A stretch of 64,000 nucleotides of DNA. Source: an uncultured Geobacteraceae bacterium (lineage in GTDB: Bacteria; Desulfobacterota; Desulfuromonadia; Geobacterales; Pseudopelobacteraceae). The notes beneath the pieces were generated by a model. The model was not told the origin of the DNA. It made no database searches and saw nothing but the letters and a program-made list of their open reading frames with translations. The stretch spans positions 34,075-98,074 of the forward strand of contig CAJAFV010000090.1 of NCBI GenBank assembly GCA_903939115.1. Reading direction: 5' to 3'. Below, piece after piece: positions 10,086 through 20,275 of this stretch. The position numbers were made by a program, and so were the translations under genes. How positions within the stretch are numbered: the first letter of the stretch is position 1; the number at the start of each line of letters is the position of its first letter.

Positions 10086-10819
10086 AGGGTGAATTGATAT
10101 TCGGAGTCAATCCGGTAAAGGAGGCGCTGCAGGGAGTACGTGCCGCCTTCAACCTGTATGTTCAGATCAGTGCGACCGATCATCGTGTTGAAAAAATTAT
10201 CAGGTTGGCCGAAGAACGGGGTGTTGCCGTTCACCGTCGGGATAAGGTTGATATCACTAAAATGTGTGCGTCGTCGCATCACCAGGGTATCGCCCTGGAG
10301 GTTGAACCTTTCCGCTATTCAGATTTTGACGATCTGCTGACTTCGATCAGCCAGTCTGGAAAAGCCGGATTTATTCTGGTTCTCGATGCAATTCAGGACC
10401 CGCATAATCTGGGTGCGCTGATCCGTTCCGCCGCCTGTGCCGGGGTTGATGGTGTCGTCATACCAAAAGATCGTGCCTGCGGAATTACCGCTGCTGCTGA
10501 AAAAACATCGGCAGGTGCTGTGGAGACCGTTCCGGTTGCTATGGTGACAAACATTGCCCAAACGCTTGAAACGCTGAAAAAACTCGGCTACTGGGTGTAT
10601 GGTCTTGATAGTGCTGCCCGGCAGTCGGTCTACGGCACCGATTTTTCAGGGAATGTCGTGCTGGTAGTTGGTGGTGAAGGGGAGGGGATCAGGCCGTTAG
10701 TACGGAAACAGTGTGATGTGGTGATGTCTATCCCGCAGTATGGCGGGGTAAGTTCGCTGAATGCCTCGGTCGCCGGGGGTATTGCACTGTTTGAAATTGC
10801 GCGGAAAATACGCAGTTAA
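10082..10819 (+). CDS. rlmB: 23S rRNA (guanosine-2'-O)-methyltransferase, SpoU/TrmH class (RlmB-like)
   Basis: SpoU motifs are present (LDAIQDPHNLGALIRSA, VLVVGGEGEGIR, IPQYGGVSSLNASVAGGIALFE). ATG 10082 overlaps the pyrF stop as ATGA. The longer ORF start at 9977 lies inside pyrF. Confidence 0.9.
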   Translation: MKGELIFGVNPVKEALQGVRAAFNLYVQISATDHRVEKIIRLAEERGVAVHRRDKVDITKMCASSHHQGIALEVEPFRYSDFDDLLTSISQSGKAGFILVLDAIQDPHNLGALIRSAACAGVDGVVIPKDRACGITAAAEKTSAGAVETVPVAMVTNIAQTLETLKKLGYWVYGLDSAARQSVYGTDFSGNVVLVVGGEGEGIRPLVRKQCDVVMSIPQYGGVSSLNASVAGGIALFEIARKIRS

Positions 10820-11991
10820 GCGAGCGCCTTCTTTTCGTCAAGCCTTCTGAAGTATTCCGCCCGGCACCAGTTTTCGGCATCAACCAGTGACTGAAACGCT
10901 TCGCGAAAATCGGTAATGCCGGTGCTGAATACTCCGTGCCCGTAGACAATTGCCGCACCGGTAGCTCCGATTACCGGCGGGACGTTCCTGGCGATACCGC
11001 CGGCGCCGATCTCGCCGGCGACTACCGGGGTGTCTCCCAAAAAACGGACTTTTGTGCAATCCTTCCAGCAATCAGCGGTAAGACAGGCTTCCTTCTCGTC
11101 GCAGATCATGCTCATGACCACCGCGAAGCGCGGGTGACCGTGCAAAATGGCACGACAGCCGGTTGTTTCGAAAATAGAGCGGTGCGCAACCAGCTCACTG
11201 GAGGCGGTGATGCCGACCGTTGAGTTGTTTTCAAAAGGTACCGGGTCAATACAGCCGGGGAGTTCGTCCAGGCTTGACGCGGTTTGTGAAATATAGATCA
11301 GGCCGCCGTTTGAATACGAAATGTTACCGAAAAAAGAGTCAACCAGCCGCCGCTGGACAGTATATCGCCCGACAGTAGCAAGCTCCTTCAGGATGACACT
11401 TTTTTCAAGTAAGGGCCCTGGTTGAAACTCGAGTCCTTCAGCTGAAAGCGGGAGCAGTAGCTCCCGGCGAAAATGGTTAAAAGCCGCCTCCTCGCCTGGA
11501 ATCATAAAGCCGCATTCAAGAATATCTTCCAGATATTTGATATACGTCGAATGAAAAACAGATGACCAGTTGATATACGCCTGTTCAACCGTTAATGCCC
11601 CGACAGCGAAAATTCCCAGACCCTCTACGATAATCCCTTTACGATTTCCTAACAGCGCGGCAATTGTCGCTGCAGAGTCAGAACCGAGTCCGCTCTTGCG
11701 GACAATTGGAATGTCGTGCAGAAACGTACGGGTTTCAGTATCCCGAGGGACAATGGTCTGCTCAGCAGTCCCGGATCTCTGGATGAGAAGCTCTGCAAAC
11801 GGGAGTGAGGGGGATGCGGCAGCAAGGGCGAGGCAGTTGAGGCGAGAGAGTACCCTTTCTGCGAGCGCAGCCAGATGAGGTTCCCCATCGGAAATCATGA
11901 TGTCATCCTGAGCAGCAAAAGCGATCTGCCCGGCATATGAGGAACCATCAGAAACCAGTTTTGCGCTGTATTTTGCAATCTGGTCGTGCAT
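10816..11991 (-). CDS. class II aldolase/adducin-family protein with a degenerate N-terminal second copy of the domain
   Basis: The C-terminal half carries aldolase-II motifs (GNISYS, ASSELVAHRSIF, AILHGHPRFAV, IVYGHGVFSTG). The N-terminal half looks related but lacks the His ligands (IIVEGLGIFAVG). Confidence 0.65.
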   Translation of the reverse strand: MHDQIAKYSAKLVSDGSSYAGQIAFAAQDDIMISDGEPHLAALAERVLSRLNCLALAAASPSLPFAELLIQRSGTAEQTIVPRDTETRTFLHDIPIVRKSGLGSDSAATIAALLGNRKGIIVEGLGIFAVGALTVEQAYINWSSVFHSTYIKYLEDILECGFMIPGEEAAFNHFRRELLLPLSAEGLEFQPGPLLEKSVILKELATVGRYTVQRRLVDSFFGNISYSNGGLIYISQTASSLDELPGCIDPVPFENNSTVGITASSELVAHRSIFETTGCRAILHGHPRFAVVMSMICDEKEACLTADCWKDCTKVRFLGDTPVVAGEIGAGGIARNVPPVIGATGAAIVYGHGVFSTGITDFREAFQSLVDAENWCRAEYFRRLDEKKALA

Positions 11992-12863
11992 CAGCGCGAA
12001 GTAGCAGGAAGGTTGGTAAACAGGATTGATCCGTCGGAAAGGGTTTCGCTCCTGAAACGGGCAGCACGATAACTGCTGGCAACAAGCGCCGCTTTTGGCA
12101 GGATCACGCTGCTGTTGGGAAGAAATGCTGCGGTGACGTTTGTGCCGCTCTGCCAGGCCTCAAAATGGAGATGTGGTCCGGTTGATCTTCCGGTAGAGCC
12201 TGACAGCGCCAGGGTGCTTTCAGCAGAAACCTGCTGCCCCTCTGCCACCATGATTTGACTGTTGTGGGCGTATAACGTTATGATTCCGTTGTCGTGCTCT
12301 ACTACGACGGTGTTGCCGTACCCGGAACGACTGCCGGTGTAGACAACGACACCGGGAGCAACGGCTTTAACCTGAGTCCCTGAAGGGATAGCTATATCAA
12401 CGCCATTGTGCTGTCGCCAGGTGCCGTCGATCGGGTCGATTCTCATGCCGACTTTTGAGGTTATCGTCCCGCCGACAGACGGCATATGAGGTTCAAAACT
12501 GTTTTGTTCCTGCTTTTGAGGCTGGAGGGACGCGGTTACCGCTTTCAGGGCGATTTCATCCAGAGAAATGGTGTGAGTCTTCTGTTTTTTTGAACCGGAA
12601 CGCTTTTTAGAGGCAGGATCCGGTTGGTCTTTGATGACTATGGTGGCACCCTTCTCGCTCGGGGCGTCAGTAAACGTTTCAACGCCATCGATTGTGACAA
12701 AACGGTAGATATCAGCTTCGGCAAAAGTGCTTATAAGGCAATACGCTAGGGATAGGGGCAAGAGGCGCAGGAAGTGAAGTTTGAACCTGAGTGTGAAAAA
12801 ATCAATACCGAGTGGTGTCAATTCTGCTTGTTGTTCGCGATATTTTCTGATACTTAAATTCAT
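11991..12863 (-). CDS. M23 (LytM) family metallopeptidase
   Basis: Peptidase_M23 motifs are present (HNGVDIAIPSGTQV, GYGNTVVVEHDNGIITLYAH, GSTGRSTGPHLHFE). An N-terminal DIYRFVTIDGVETFTD segment is DUF4124-like. I chose ATG 12863; an alternative TTG at 12926 is possible. Confidence 0.8.
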   Translation of the reverse strand: MNLSIRKYREQQAELTPLGIDFFTLRFKLHFLRLLPLSLAYCLISTFAEADIYRFVTIDGVETFTDAPSEKGATIVIKDQPDPASKKRSGSKKQKTHTISLDEIALKAVTASLQPQKQEQNSFEPHMPSVGGTITSKVGMRIDPIDGTWRQHNGVDIAIPSGTQVKAVAPGVVVYTGSRSGYGNTVVVEHDNGIITLYAHNSQIMVAEGQQVSAESTLALSGSTGRSTGPHLHFEAWQSGTNVTAAFLPNSSVILPKAALVASSYRAARFRSETLSDGSILFTNLPATSR

Positions 12864-12914
12864 TCGTGTTTTATAGCTTATTTTGGAAAATAGTTCAATT
12901 CTTCTTAGGGGTGT

Positions 12915-13631
12915 TTGGTGTTTCAATATTACGACAAAGCCATTAGGGGGAATGAAAAGGAAGATGGACCTGTTATTCTGCAGTTTATGAAAGGGATGAT
13001 AGGGCAGAAATTTTCATTTTTAAATTATTACAAAGAGGTACCCATATCATACGAAGCCATTTTGTTGAACGTTGAAAATGAGATGGCAGAATTTTCTGTG
13101 CATGAATATCAGGCAAAAGTTATAAATCTGGAAAAAATGACGCTCATCCATTCGCATCCACGGAATGCTTTTCCAGAGGATATGATTGGTGAGGTTTTTT
13201 ATGTAGACTCGGCGAGTAAATGCGTTATTTTACGGAACTTCGGCTATTCCCGAATCCGTTCAAGCATGAGGAGGTATGTACGTGTTCTCCTCGATAGGTA
13301 CGTTGAAGCTGAACTGGTTTTTGAAAGAGATATTTTAATAGGCAATGTGAAAGACATTTCGCTTGGTGGTGTTGCTTTACGAACAATGTCGGTCGGTCTT
13401 TTAGTGCCGGGACTTGACGTAAATATGTTTTTGAAATTGCCGGATACTAACGGAAAACCGCTGCTGGAAGTTGGTATGTGTGCGACGATTTTAAAAGTAG
13501 TCGGAGCGGACGCTCCTTTTACCAGTTTAATCGAATTTCATGCGGAAAAACGTTCACAGCAGCAGATTGCCTATTATATCAACCAGCGCCAGGTTGAGAT
13601 AATTAAGGAACTGAAGGATTTGCATGGATGA
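12915..13631 (+). CDS. PilZ-domain (c-di-GMP binding) protein
   Basis: PilZ signatures RRYVRV and DISLGGVAL are present. The ORF-track start is TTG; an alternative ATG lies at 12987. Confidence 0.7.
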   Translation: MVFQYYDKAIRGNEKEDGPVILQFMKGMIGQKFSFLNYYKEVPISYEAILLNVENEMAEFSVHEYQAKVINLEKMTLIHSHPRNAFPEDMIGEVFYVDSASKCVILRNFGYSRIRSSMRRYVRVLLDRYVEAELVFERDILIGNVKDISLGGVALRTMSVGLLVPGLDVNMFLKLPDTNGKPLLEVGMCATILKVVGADAPFTSLIEFHAEKRSQQQIAYYINQRQVEIIKELKDLHG

Positions 13632-13775
13632 GGTACCAATCGCAGAAAACATTGCCTGAATTATGTGCAATTTTTTTTGAGCGTGACTGTTTTTTTTGCA
13701 AGGTGAGTGGTTTGAATTGCACTGAATACGCAGCATCAATTCTAAGTAATTAATAAAGCGTCAATATTAATTTGA

Positions 13776-14174
<399 letters not shown>

Positions 14175-14201
14175 TCTATTAAATCCAAAAAGGAGAAACA
14201 G

Positions 14202-15614
14202 ATGACCCCAAAGCAAGTAGTAGAATTTGCCAAAGAAAATGGCGCGAAGATGGTGGATTACAAATTTATGGATTTTATTGGTACCTGGCAGCATGTTTCA
14301 GTGCCCATTACCGAGTTTGATGAGGAGACCTTCGAGGAGGGACAAGGGTTTGACGGTTCTTCGATTCGCGGTTGGCAGCCGATCCACGCCTCTGACATGA
14401 TCCTTCTTCCTGACCCGACAACTGCAAAGATGGATCCTTTCATCAAGGTTCCGACAATGTCGATCATTTGCGATATTTTCGACCCTATCACGAAAGAAGA
14501 TTACTCTCGTGACCCACGTAATATTGCAAAAAAAGCTGAAATGTATCTGAAGTCTACCGGAATTGGCGATACCGCTTTCTTTGGACCGGAAGCCGAATTT
14601 TTCATTTTTGATGATGTCCGTTATTCTTCAACAGCCAACCAGTCATTTTTTGCCGTTGATTCATCTGAAGGCGCCTGGAACAGTGGCCGCGAAGAGTTCC
14701 CGAATCTTGGTTACAAACCGCGTCACAAAGAAGGTTACTTCCCCTGTTCGCCGGTTGATTCCCAGAATGACCTGCGTAACGAGATGGTCGAAGTACTCCA
14801 GTCAGTCGGAATTCGCGTCGAGTGCCAACACCATGAAGTTGCAACCGGTGGTCAGGCTGAAATCGATATGCGCTTTTCTTCACTGGTAGATATGGCTGAC
14901 CAGTTGCAATGGTTCAAATATATCATCAAAAATGTTGCCTATCGCAATGGCAAGACAGTAACCTTCATGCCGAAGCCGCTCTATGGCGACAACGGTTCCG
15001 GGATGCACTGTCACCAGTCGATCTGGAAAGACGGACAGAACCTGTTCGCCGGTGACAAATACGGCGGCCTTTCCCAGATGGCACTCTGGTACATCGGTGG
15101 TATCATCAAGCATGCCAAAGCACTCTGTGCTATCACCAATCCTACTACCAACTCGTACAAGCGACTGGTACCCGGATTTGAGGCTCCGGTAAATATGGCA
15201 TATTCAAGCCGTAACCGTTCCGCTTCGCTCCGTATCCCGATGATGTCCACGAATCCTAAATCCAAGCGTGTTGAATACCGTACTCCGGATCCATCATGCA
15301 ATGGTTACCTGGCATTCGCAGCTATGCTGATGGCCGGTCTTGATGGCGTCGAGAACAAAATTGATCCAGGTCAGCCGCTTGACAAGGATATTTACGGACT
15401 GTCACCAGAAGAGTTGAAAGACATTCCGTCCGCTCCGGGTACTCTTGAAGAGGCGCTTAAGTGTCTGAAAGATGATCATGAGTTCCTGCTGAAAGGTGAT
15501 GTATTTACCCCTGACGTTATTGAGAAGTGGATCGAGTACAAAACCGAAGCTGAAGTGAATCCGGTTCGTATGCGTCCGGTACCGCTTGAGTTTGAACTGT
15601 ACTACGACATTTAA
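14202..15614 (+). CDS. glnA: glutamine synthetase type I
   Basis: 470 aa, collinear with GSI over the full length ([38 protein letters not shown]). Confidence 0.97.
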   Translation: MTPKQVVEFAKENGAKMVDYKFMDFIGTWQHVSVPITEFDEETFEEGQGFDGSSIRGWQPIHASDMILLPDPTTAKMDPFIKVPTMSIICDIFDPITKEDYSRDPRNIAKKAEMYLKSTGIGDTAFFGPEAEFFIFDDVRYSSTANQSFFAVDSSEGAWNSGREEFPNLGYKPRHKEGYFPCSPVDSQNDLRNEMVEVLQSVGIRVECQHHEVATGGQAEIDMRFSSLVDMADQLQWFKYIIKNVAYRNGKTVTFMPKPLYGDNGSGMHCHQSIWKDGQNLFAGDKYGGLSQMALWYIGGIIKHAKALCAITNPTTNSYKRLVPGFEAPVNMAYSSRNRSASLRIPMMSTNPKSKRVEYRTPDPSCNGYLAFAAMLMAGLDGVENKIDPGQPLDKDIYGLSPEELKDIPSAPGTLEEALKCLKDDHEFLLKGDVFTPDVIEKWIEYKTEAEVNPVRMRPVPLEFELYYDI

Positions 15615-15643
15615 TCTCAATTTAAATTTGTAGGTAAACCTGG

Positions 15644-15677
15644 AAAAGGTGGGAGTGATCCCACCTTTTCTGTTTTT
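15644..15677 (+). terminator. rho-independent terminator after glnA
   Basis: Stem aaaaggtggga / tcccacctttt with a gtga loop, followed by ctgttttt. Confidence 0.85.
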
Positions 15678-16059
15678 GTGCGCCTCAATTAAATCAGCAG
15701 CTTATCTCTCCGTCCTTTGAGCTCACGTTTGAAGCCCCCCTATATAAAATTATCTTCCGGGTTTCCGGAACCCCTTGCCGGCCTCATCCCGTGGTGATTT
15801 CACTCACCAACATTAGAAAGCTGGTAATTAATTTTGTTTGTTGATATACGTCAATTAGACAGGCCACACGCCTGACTTGTTTCGATATAGTTACATCATA
15901 ATATTTGTTGCAAGAGGCCACTAAATGGTGACAATAGTGCGCAGGCAGGTACTTCCCCTAACAGACCTTTCTTTTCTAAGTGAATCAGACTGATACATCA
16001 CGACCGGCGCAACGGAATTTTTCGTGCGCCATTTGTTTTTGCTGATTCTGGAGCCCTGC

Positions 16060-17673
16060 ATGACATCCACACCAGGCGAAACAGCTCAGGGTCTGCGCAG
16101 GCGGGCAGAAAAACTGTTCCAGGCAGGCGAAGTCTTGCTGCCGGGATTGACCACGCCTGAGGAAACAAAGCGACTCTTCCACGAACTGCAGGTGCATCAA
16201 ATAGAGCTGGAAATGCAGAACGATGAATTGCGGCGTGCGCATGAGGATCTTGACGCCTCGCAGGCCCGCTATTTCGACCTGTACGACCTGGCGCCGGTCG
16301 GCTATCTGACGATAGGTGAATCAGGACTTATCCAGGAAGCTAATCTTGCTGCCGCCACTATGCTTGGTGTGGGCAGAATCATGCTGATCAAACAGTCACT
16401 CAACCGGAGAATCTACACAGATGACCTGGAGAGGTACCACCTGCACCAAAAACAGTCCCACGACTCAAGCGCTCCGAATATTATTGAGATACGCCTGGTG
16501 CGGGACGACGGCTCTCCGTTCTGGGTACATCTGCAGCTTACTGCAATGGAGAATGGGGAAAGCTGGGTTACCTTTACCGACATTACCGAACGCAAGCTGT
16601 CAAATACAAGCCTTGAAGCTGTCAACAAGATGCTCCAAACCGTCATTGACACAGTGCCGGCTCGCATTTTCTGGAAGGATGCGGGGCTGAGATATCTGGG
16701 CTGCAACCGTGCCATTGCCAGAGATGCAGGAGTTGGCTGTCCGGAGGATATGATCGGCAAGGACGACTTTCAGATGGTATGGAAGGAACAGGCGGAGATA
16801 TATCGCGCCGACGACCGGAGTGTAATGAAATCGGGAGTTCCCCGGCTTGCATACGAAGAGCCGCAAACCACGCAGGACGGCGATAAGATATGGCTTCGCA
16901 CGTCGAAAGTGCCGCTCCGCAACGAGGCGAATGCAATTATAGGGATTCTCGGTATTTATGAAGATATAACCGAGCGCAAATGTGCCGAGGAGCAACTGAT
17001 GCTGGCACATAAACAGGCAAAAAAAGCGTCTTTTGAGTTGCTCAGGGCTGAAGAACGGGAGCGGGAGCGCATAGCCGCTGAGTTGCACGATCAGGTAGGG
17101 CAATCTCTATTGCTGGCTAAAATGAAGCTGGATGTTTTGGTGAGGGAAACCTCCTCAGATACGCTTCGTGGCAATTTAGAAGAAACCATACATCTTCTTA
17201 AAACCTCAATAAATGACATCCGCTCGCTTACCTTCAGGATGCATCCGCCCATTCTCAGCTCCTCCGGTATTGAGTCCGCCCTGGAGTCGCTCTGCTCCTC
17301 GTTACAGAAAGAATATGCTCTCTCTGTAGATTTCATTTCCGATGGGCAGTCCAAGCCGATGGCTACCGATGTACGCTATTGCCTGTACCAGGCGGTTCGA
17401 GAGCTGCTGCTGAATGTGGTTAAGCATGCCAAAGCTGAGACGGTACAGCTTTCGATAAAAACCGACAACAATAGCTGTATAGTCGTGCAGGTGATTGATA
17501 ACGGAATCGGCTGTAACTATCCTGAGGCACAGTTGCAGAACAGGGAAGATCGCGGCTATGGTCTTTATAATGTGCAGAACAGGATCGAACAGATAGGTGG
17601 CCGGTTTACCTTTAAATCTGTGCCGGGAGTGGGAACTACGGTGACATTGGTGCTCTTGTCGGCCGACCAATAG
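16060..17673 (+). CDS. soluble multi-PAS sensor histidine kinase (HisKA_3/NarX-type transmitter)
   Basis: A coiled-coil leader ELQVHQIELEMQNDELR is followed by PAS domains (YFDLYDLAPVGYLTI). The H-box is ERERIAAELHDQVGQSL, and the HATPase motifs are NVVKHA, DNGIGC and GYGLYN. There are no TM segments. I chose ATG 16060; a GTG at 16024 is possible. Confidence 0.85.
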   Translation: MTSTPGETAQGLRRRAEKLFQAGEVLLPGLTTPEETKRLFHELQVHQIELEMQNDELRRAHEDLDASQARYFDLYDLAPVGYLTIGESGLIQEANLAAATMLGVGRIMLIKQSLNRRIYTDDLERYHLHQKQSHDSSAPNIIEIRLVRDDGSPFWVHLQLTAMENGESWVTFTDITERKLSNTSLEAVNKMLQTVIDTVPARIFWKDAGLRYLGCNRAIARDAGVGCPEDMIGKDDFQMVWKEQAEIYRADDRSVMKSGVPRLAYEEPQTTQDGDKIWLRTSKVPLRNEANAIIGILGIYEDITERKCAEEQLMLAHKQAKKASFELLRAEERERERIAAELHDQVGQSLLLAKMKLDVLVRETSSDTLRGNLEETIHLLKTSINDIRSLTFRMHPPILSSSGIESALESLCSSLQKEYALSVDFISDGQSKPMATDVRYCLYQAVRELLLNVVKHAKAETVQLSIKTDNNSCIVVQVIDNGIGCNYPEAQLQNREDRGYGLYNVQNRIEQIGGRFTFKSVPGVGTTVTLVLLSADQ

Positions 17674-17693
17674 GGTGAATAAAGGAAATGCTG

Positions 17694-18350
17694 ATGAAAC
17701 CAACAATATTGCTTGTCGATGACCACACTCTCCTCCGTGAAGGATTACAGGTTTTAATTGAGAAATTTGCATCGGGAACGGTGATAGGTCAGGCCGGTAA
17801 TGGTGCCGAAGCGGTTCGATTGGCAGGTGAACTGAATCCGGACCTGGTAATTATGGATATTACCATGCCGATCATGAACGGCATTGATGCAACTCGTGAA
17901 ATCATAAAGAACAATCCCGATACAAAAATTCTGGTTATATCAATGGAAAGCGACCGTTCTTTCGTGGTGGATGCACTGAGAGCCGGAGCTATGGGATACC
18001 TGCTGAAAGACACTCTCTGCTCGGAACTGGAGGTGGCGATTTCGGCCGTTTCCAGCGGCAAAACATACCTTCCTCAGAAAATCGAGACGCTGCTGGTAAA
18101 AGAGTTTTTACAATGCATTCCGGAGGATTTAACCGTTGCCTATGAGACCCTTACTGCCCGTGAACGCAAGATTCTCCAACATGTTGCCGATGGCAAAAGC
18201 CTCAAGGAAATCGGCTCTCTACTAAGCATTTGCGCAAAGACCGTGGATAACCACCGGTATATTATTATGAATAAACTTAATATTTTCAATATTGCCGATC
18301 TGACCAAGTATGCCGTCCGGCATGGGATTACCTCTCTCACAACGAATTAA
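17694..18350 (+). CDS. NarL/LuxR-family response regulator
   Basis: REC domain (ILLVDDH, DLVIMDITMP, ...LLKD) plus a LuxR HTH (LTARERKILQHVADGKSLKEIGSLLSICAKTVDNHR). ATG 17694 has better SD spacing than 17688. Confidence 0.9.
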   Translation: MKPTILLVDDHTLLREGLQVLIEKFASGTVIGQAGNGAEAVRLAGELNPDLVIMDITMPIMNGIDATREIIKNNPDTKILVISMESDRSFVVDALRAGAMGYLLKDTLCSELEVAISAVSSGKTYLPQKIETLLVKEFLQCIPEDLTVAYETLTARERKILQHVADGKSLKEIGSLLSICAKTVDNHRYIIMNKLNIFNIADLTKYAVRHGITSLTTN

Positions 18351-18379
18351 TTCGTTATATTTTAAAACGTTGTGTAGCT

Positions 18380-18646
18380 TTATTCGTAATGCAGTTCAAC
18401 GAATTCAGGGTCTGTATCCAGCTTTACGTAGTGCCAGAGGCTGAATACCGGAGGACCGATCAACAGCAGGAGTGCGAAGGGAATAATCTTTGCGGCTTTT
18501 CCGGCTATTACCATTTCATGATATTCAGGTACAAATGAAGGGACAAAACAGACCATGGCAAGAAAGATACCCATGGCAAGCGTTGCAATCGATGCTGGTA
18601 CATGCCATATCTTGTTTCTCTTTACGACCGCGACTGATGAGTTCAT
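18380..18646 (-). CDS. small 2-TM membrane protein (paralog of 41352..41588)
   Basis: 88 aa from ATG 18646, which has a GGGGAG SD. It has two hydrophobic helices and about 35% identity by eye to the 41352 protein (HV..S.ATL...P S..P...IP..LL..G...FS.W). Confidence 0.55.
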   Translation of the reverse strand: MNSSVAVVKRNKIWHVPASIATLAMGIFLAMVCFVPSFVPEYHEMVIAGKAAKIIPFALLLLIGPPVFSLWHYVKLDTDPEFVELHYE

Positions 18647-19065
18647 ATAGTACTCCCCGTGTTTTTGTGAGTAACCTCTACTGCAGATACGTGGATTCAG
18701 TTCTGTGGGTAAACCCGGCATTTACTCATGTATGTACCCGCTTTTAATTTTCATATAACAATTCCCTGACTTAGTCAGACGGCCATTGTGCTGACGATCT
18801 GCGAGCGGTTGCTGCAGTTACATTAAAACTGACCTGTGGAACCGGAAGATGCTCACTAAACAGTATAGTGGAACATAACGTGGGCAAACCGGGGGGCGGG
18901 TTATGAATGTCGACATCCGGGAGATTTTTTGCCGGTGGTTCCCCGGCGTGAGACCCCGCAAGCCATTCGCACATTCGCTAAGCTGAGAGCGTCATCAATG
19001 TATAGGCCTGATTAAAAGGCCGGAGTGATCAGATTACTAAATCTGATTCAAAGAGAGAGTGAGAA

Positions 19066-19452
19066 ATGTTAGACGTCACAGTTGAACAATCGGACAATAT
19101 CTTGATTTTTCATGTACGTGGGGTTTTATCTCTGTATGATTTTGTTGAACTCATCTGTACTTATTGTCCAATGATAAGGCACCACGCTATTTACGATTTT
19201 TCTGAGGCCAGCGTAGATTCAAGTGTAACAGAAACAAGTTTGCATGCATTAGCTGATATTGCCCAGAGACAATTAACAAACAGAAACCCTGAAGGCAAGT
19301 CAGCGCATGTTAGTTCTGTCACCGACACCCTCGGGATTCAAAGCATTATTGCTTCTATTATATGCGATAACAGTTGTCCGCATGAACAGGCAGTTTTCAA
19401 ATCAATGGATGAAGCCGTACTGTGGTTGTCTGTTGTGGCTCAGGGTGAATAG
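19066..19452 (+). CDS. hypothetical protein, possibly STAS/anti-sigma-antagonist-like
   Basis: 128 aa. The N-terminus VTVEQSDNILIFHVRGVLSLYDF and the C-terminus FKSMDEAVLWL are reminiscent of STAS folds. This is an assignment by eye only. Confidence 0.45.
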   Translation: MLDVTVEQSDNILIFHVRGVLSLYDFVELICTYCPMIRHHAIYDFSEASVDSSVTETSLHALADIAQRQLTNRNPEGKSAHVSSVTDTLGIQSIIASIICDNSCPHEQAVFKSMDEAVLWLSVVAQGE

Positions 19453-19540
19453 GACTTGTATTGTCATGGAAGAAGTGTCCTGAATAAACGAAATTGCGAG
19501 GGCAACTGACCACTAGAATAATGATTTACTGTATATCGCC

Positions 19541-19568
19541 CCCTTTGCCGGATGGAGAGGGTTTTTTT
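19541..19568 (+). terminator. intrinsic terminator downstream of 19066..19452
   Basis: Stem cccttt / agaggg (one G-U pair) with a 9-nt loop, followed by T7. Confidence 0.55.
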
Positions 19569-19653
19569 GAATAGTATTTGACGTCTACGTAAATGGATAT
19601 AACTCAGGAGTGTTTCAGTCGCAGTGCCGGTCACACTCTCTTGCAAAGGCTGC

Positions 19654-20112
19654 TCAGCGTGACGGTAAAAACCGGGGGTCTGAAATTTTTGCCGGCTTGG
19701 GCGTACTATCGCTGGATGCAATTATGCCGTGCCTGACAAGCGAGTCGTATATTTCATTCCTGTTGTAAGGTTTTCCGATATGATCGTCGGCATCAAGCTC
19801 TACCGTCGTTTTGATGACCGTCTCCGTATCAGTGTCGCCCGTAGCCATTATAATAATCGTCCTATGATCGGCCTCCTCCTCTATGCGTCTGATACGCCTC
19901 AGCACCTCAAAGCCATCCATTCCCGGCATGGTGATATCAAGGAACACGGCGCTGTAAGGAGTCTCAAACAGAGATTCTTCATAAAGCTCTAAAGCCTTCG
20001 CGCCATCATACGCCATGTCAATACGGCTGAGACCTTCCTCCATAAGCATCATTTCCAGGAGTGCAACATTCATATCATCGTCATCTACAATGAGAACTTT
20101 GGGGTTAGACAT
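19654..20112 (-). CDS. stand-alone receiver (CheY-like) response regulator
   Basis: 152 aa. REC motifs are present (VLIVDDDD, VFLDITMPGMDG, IIIMATG, GKP). GAGGAA SD. It is about 78% identical to the paralog at 33465..34025. Confidence 0.9.
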   Translation of the reverse strand: MSNPKVLIVDDDDMNVALLEMMLMEEGLSRIDMAYDGAKALELYEESLFETPYSAVFLDITMPGMDGFEVLRRIRRIEEEADHRTIIIMATGDTDTETVIKTTVELDADDHIGKPYNRNEIYDSLVRHGIIASSDSTPKPAKISDPRFLPSR

Positions 20113-20148
20113 TGATTATTCCTCGCTGTGTCGGTTTATTGCGACTGA

Positions 20149-20275
20149 TTATTTTAATAATGCAGTTGACCACGAACTTATACGAATTTTCACAAAATAC
20201 CAAGCCATTATCATTTCCAAGAGCGCAACATTAATATTGTCGTCATCAACAATGAGAACTTTGTGTTTAGCCGTT
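20149..20275 (-). pseudogene. 5' fragment of a duplicated receiver gene
   Basis: It encodes [19 protein letters not shown] and then diverges to a stop. The ATG is replaced (ACG). It is preceded by a second copy of the 40-bp upstream sequence ttattcctcgctgt...attgcgac, seen at 20111-20150 and 20270-20312. Confidence 0.6.

Noticed and set aside
19464-19721. An 85-aa minus-strand ORF overlapping the 3' end of the receiver gene.
   Set aside because: It overlaps a confident gene, has no SD, and has an Arg/Gln/Ser-rich composition. Its region contains the + strand terminator at 19541-19568.
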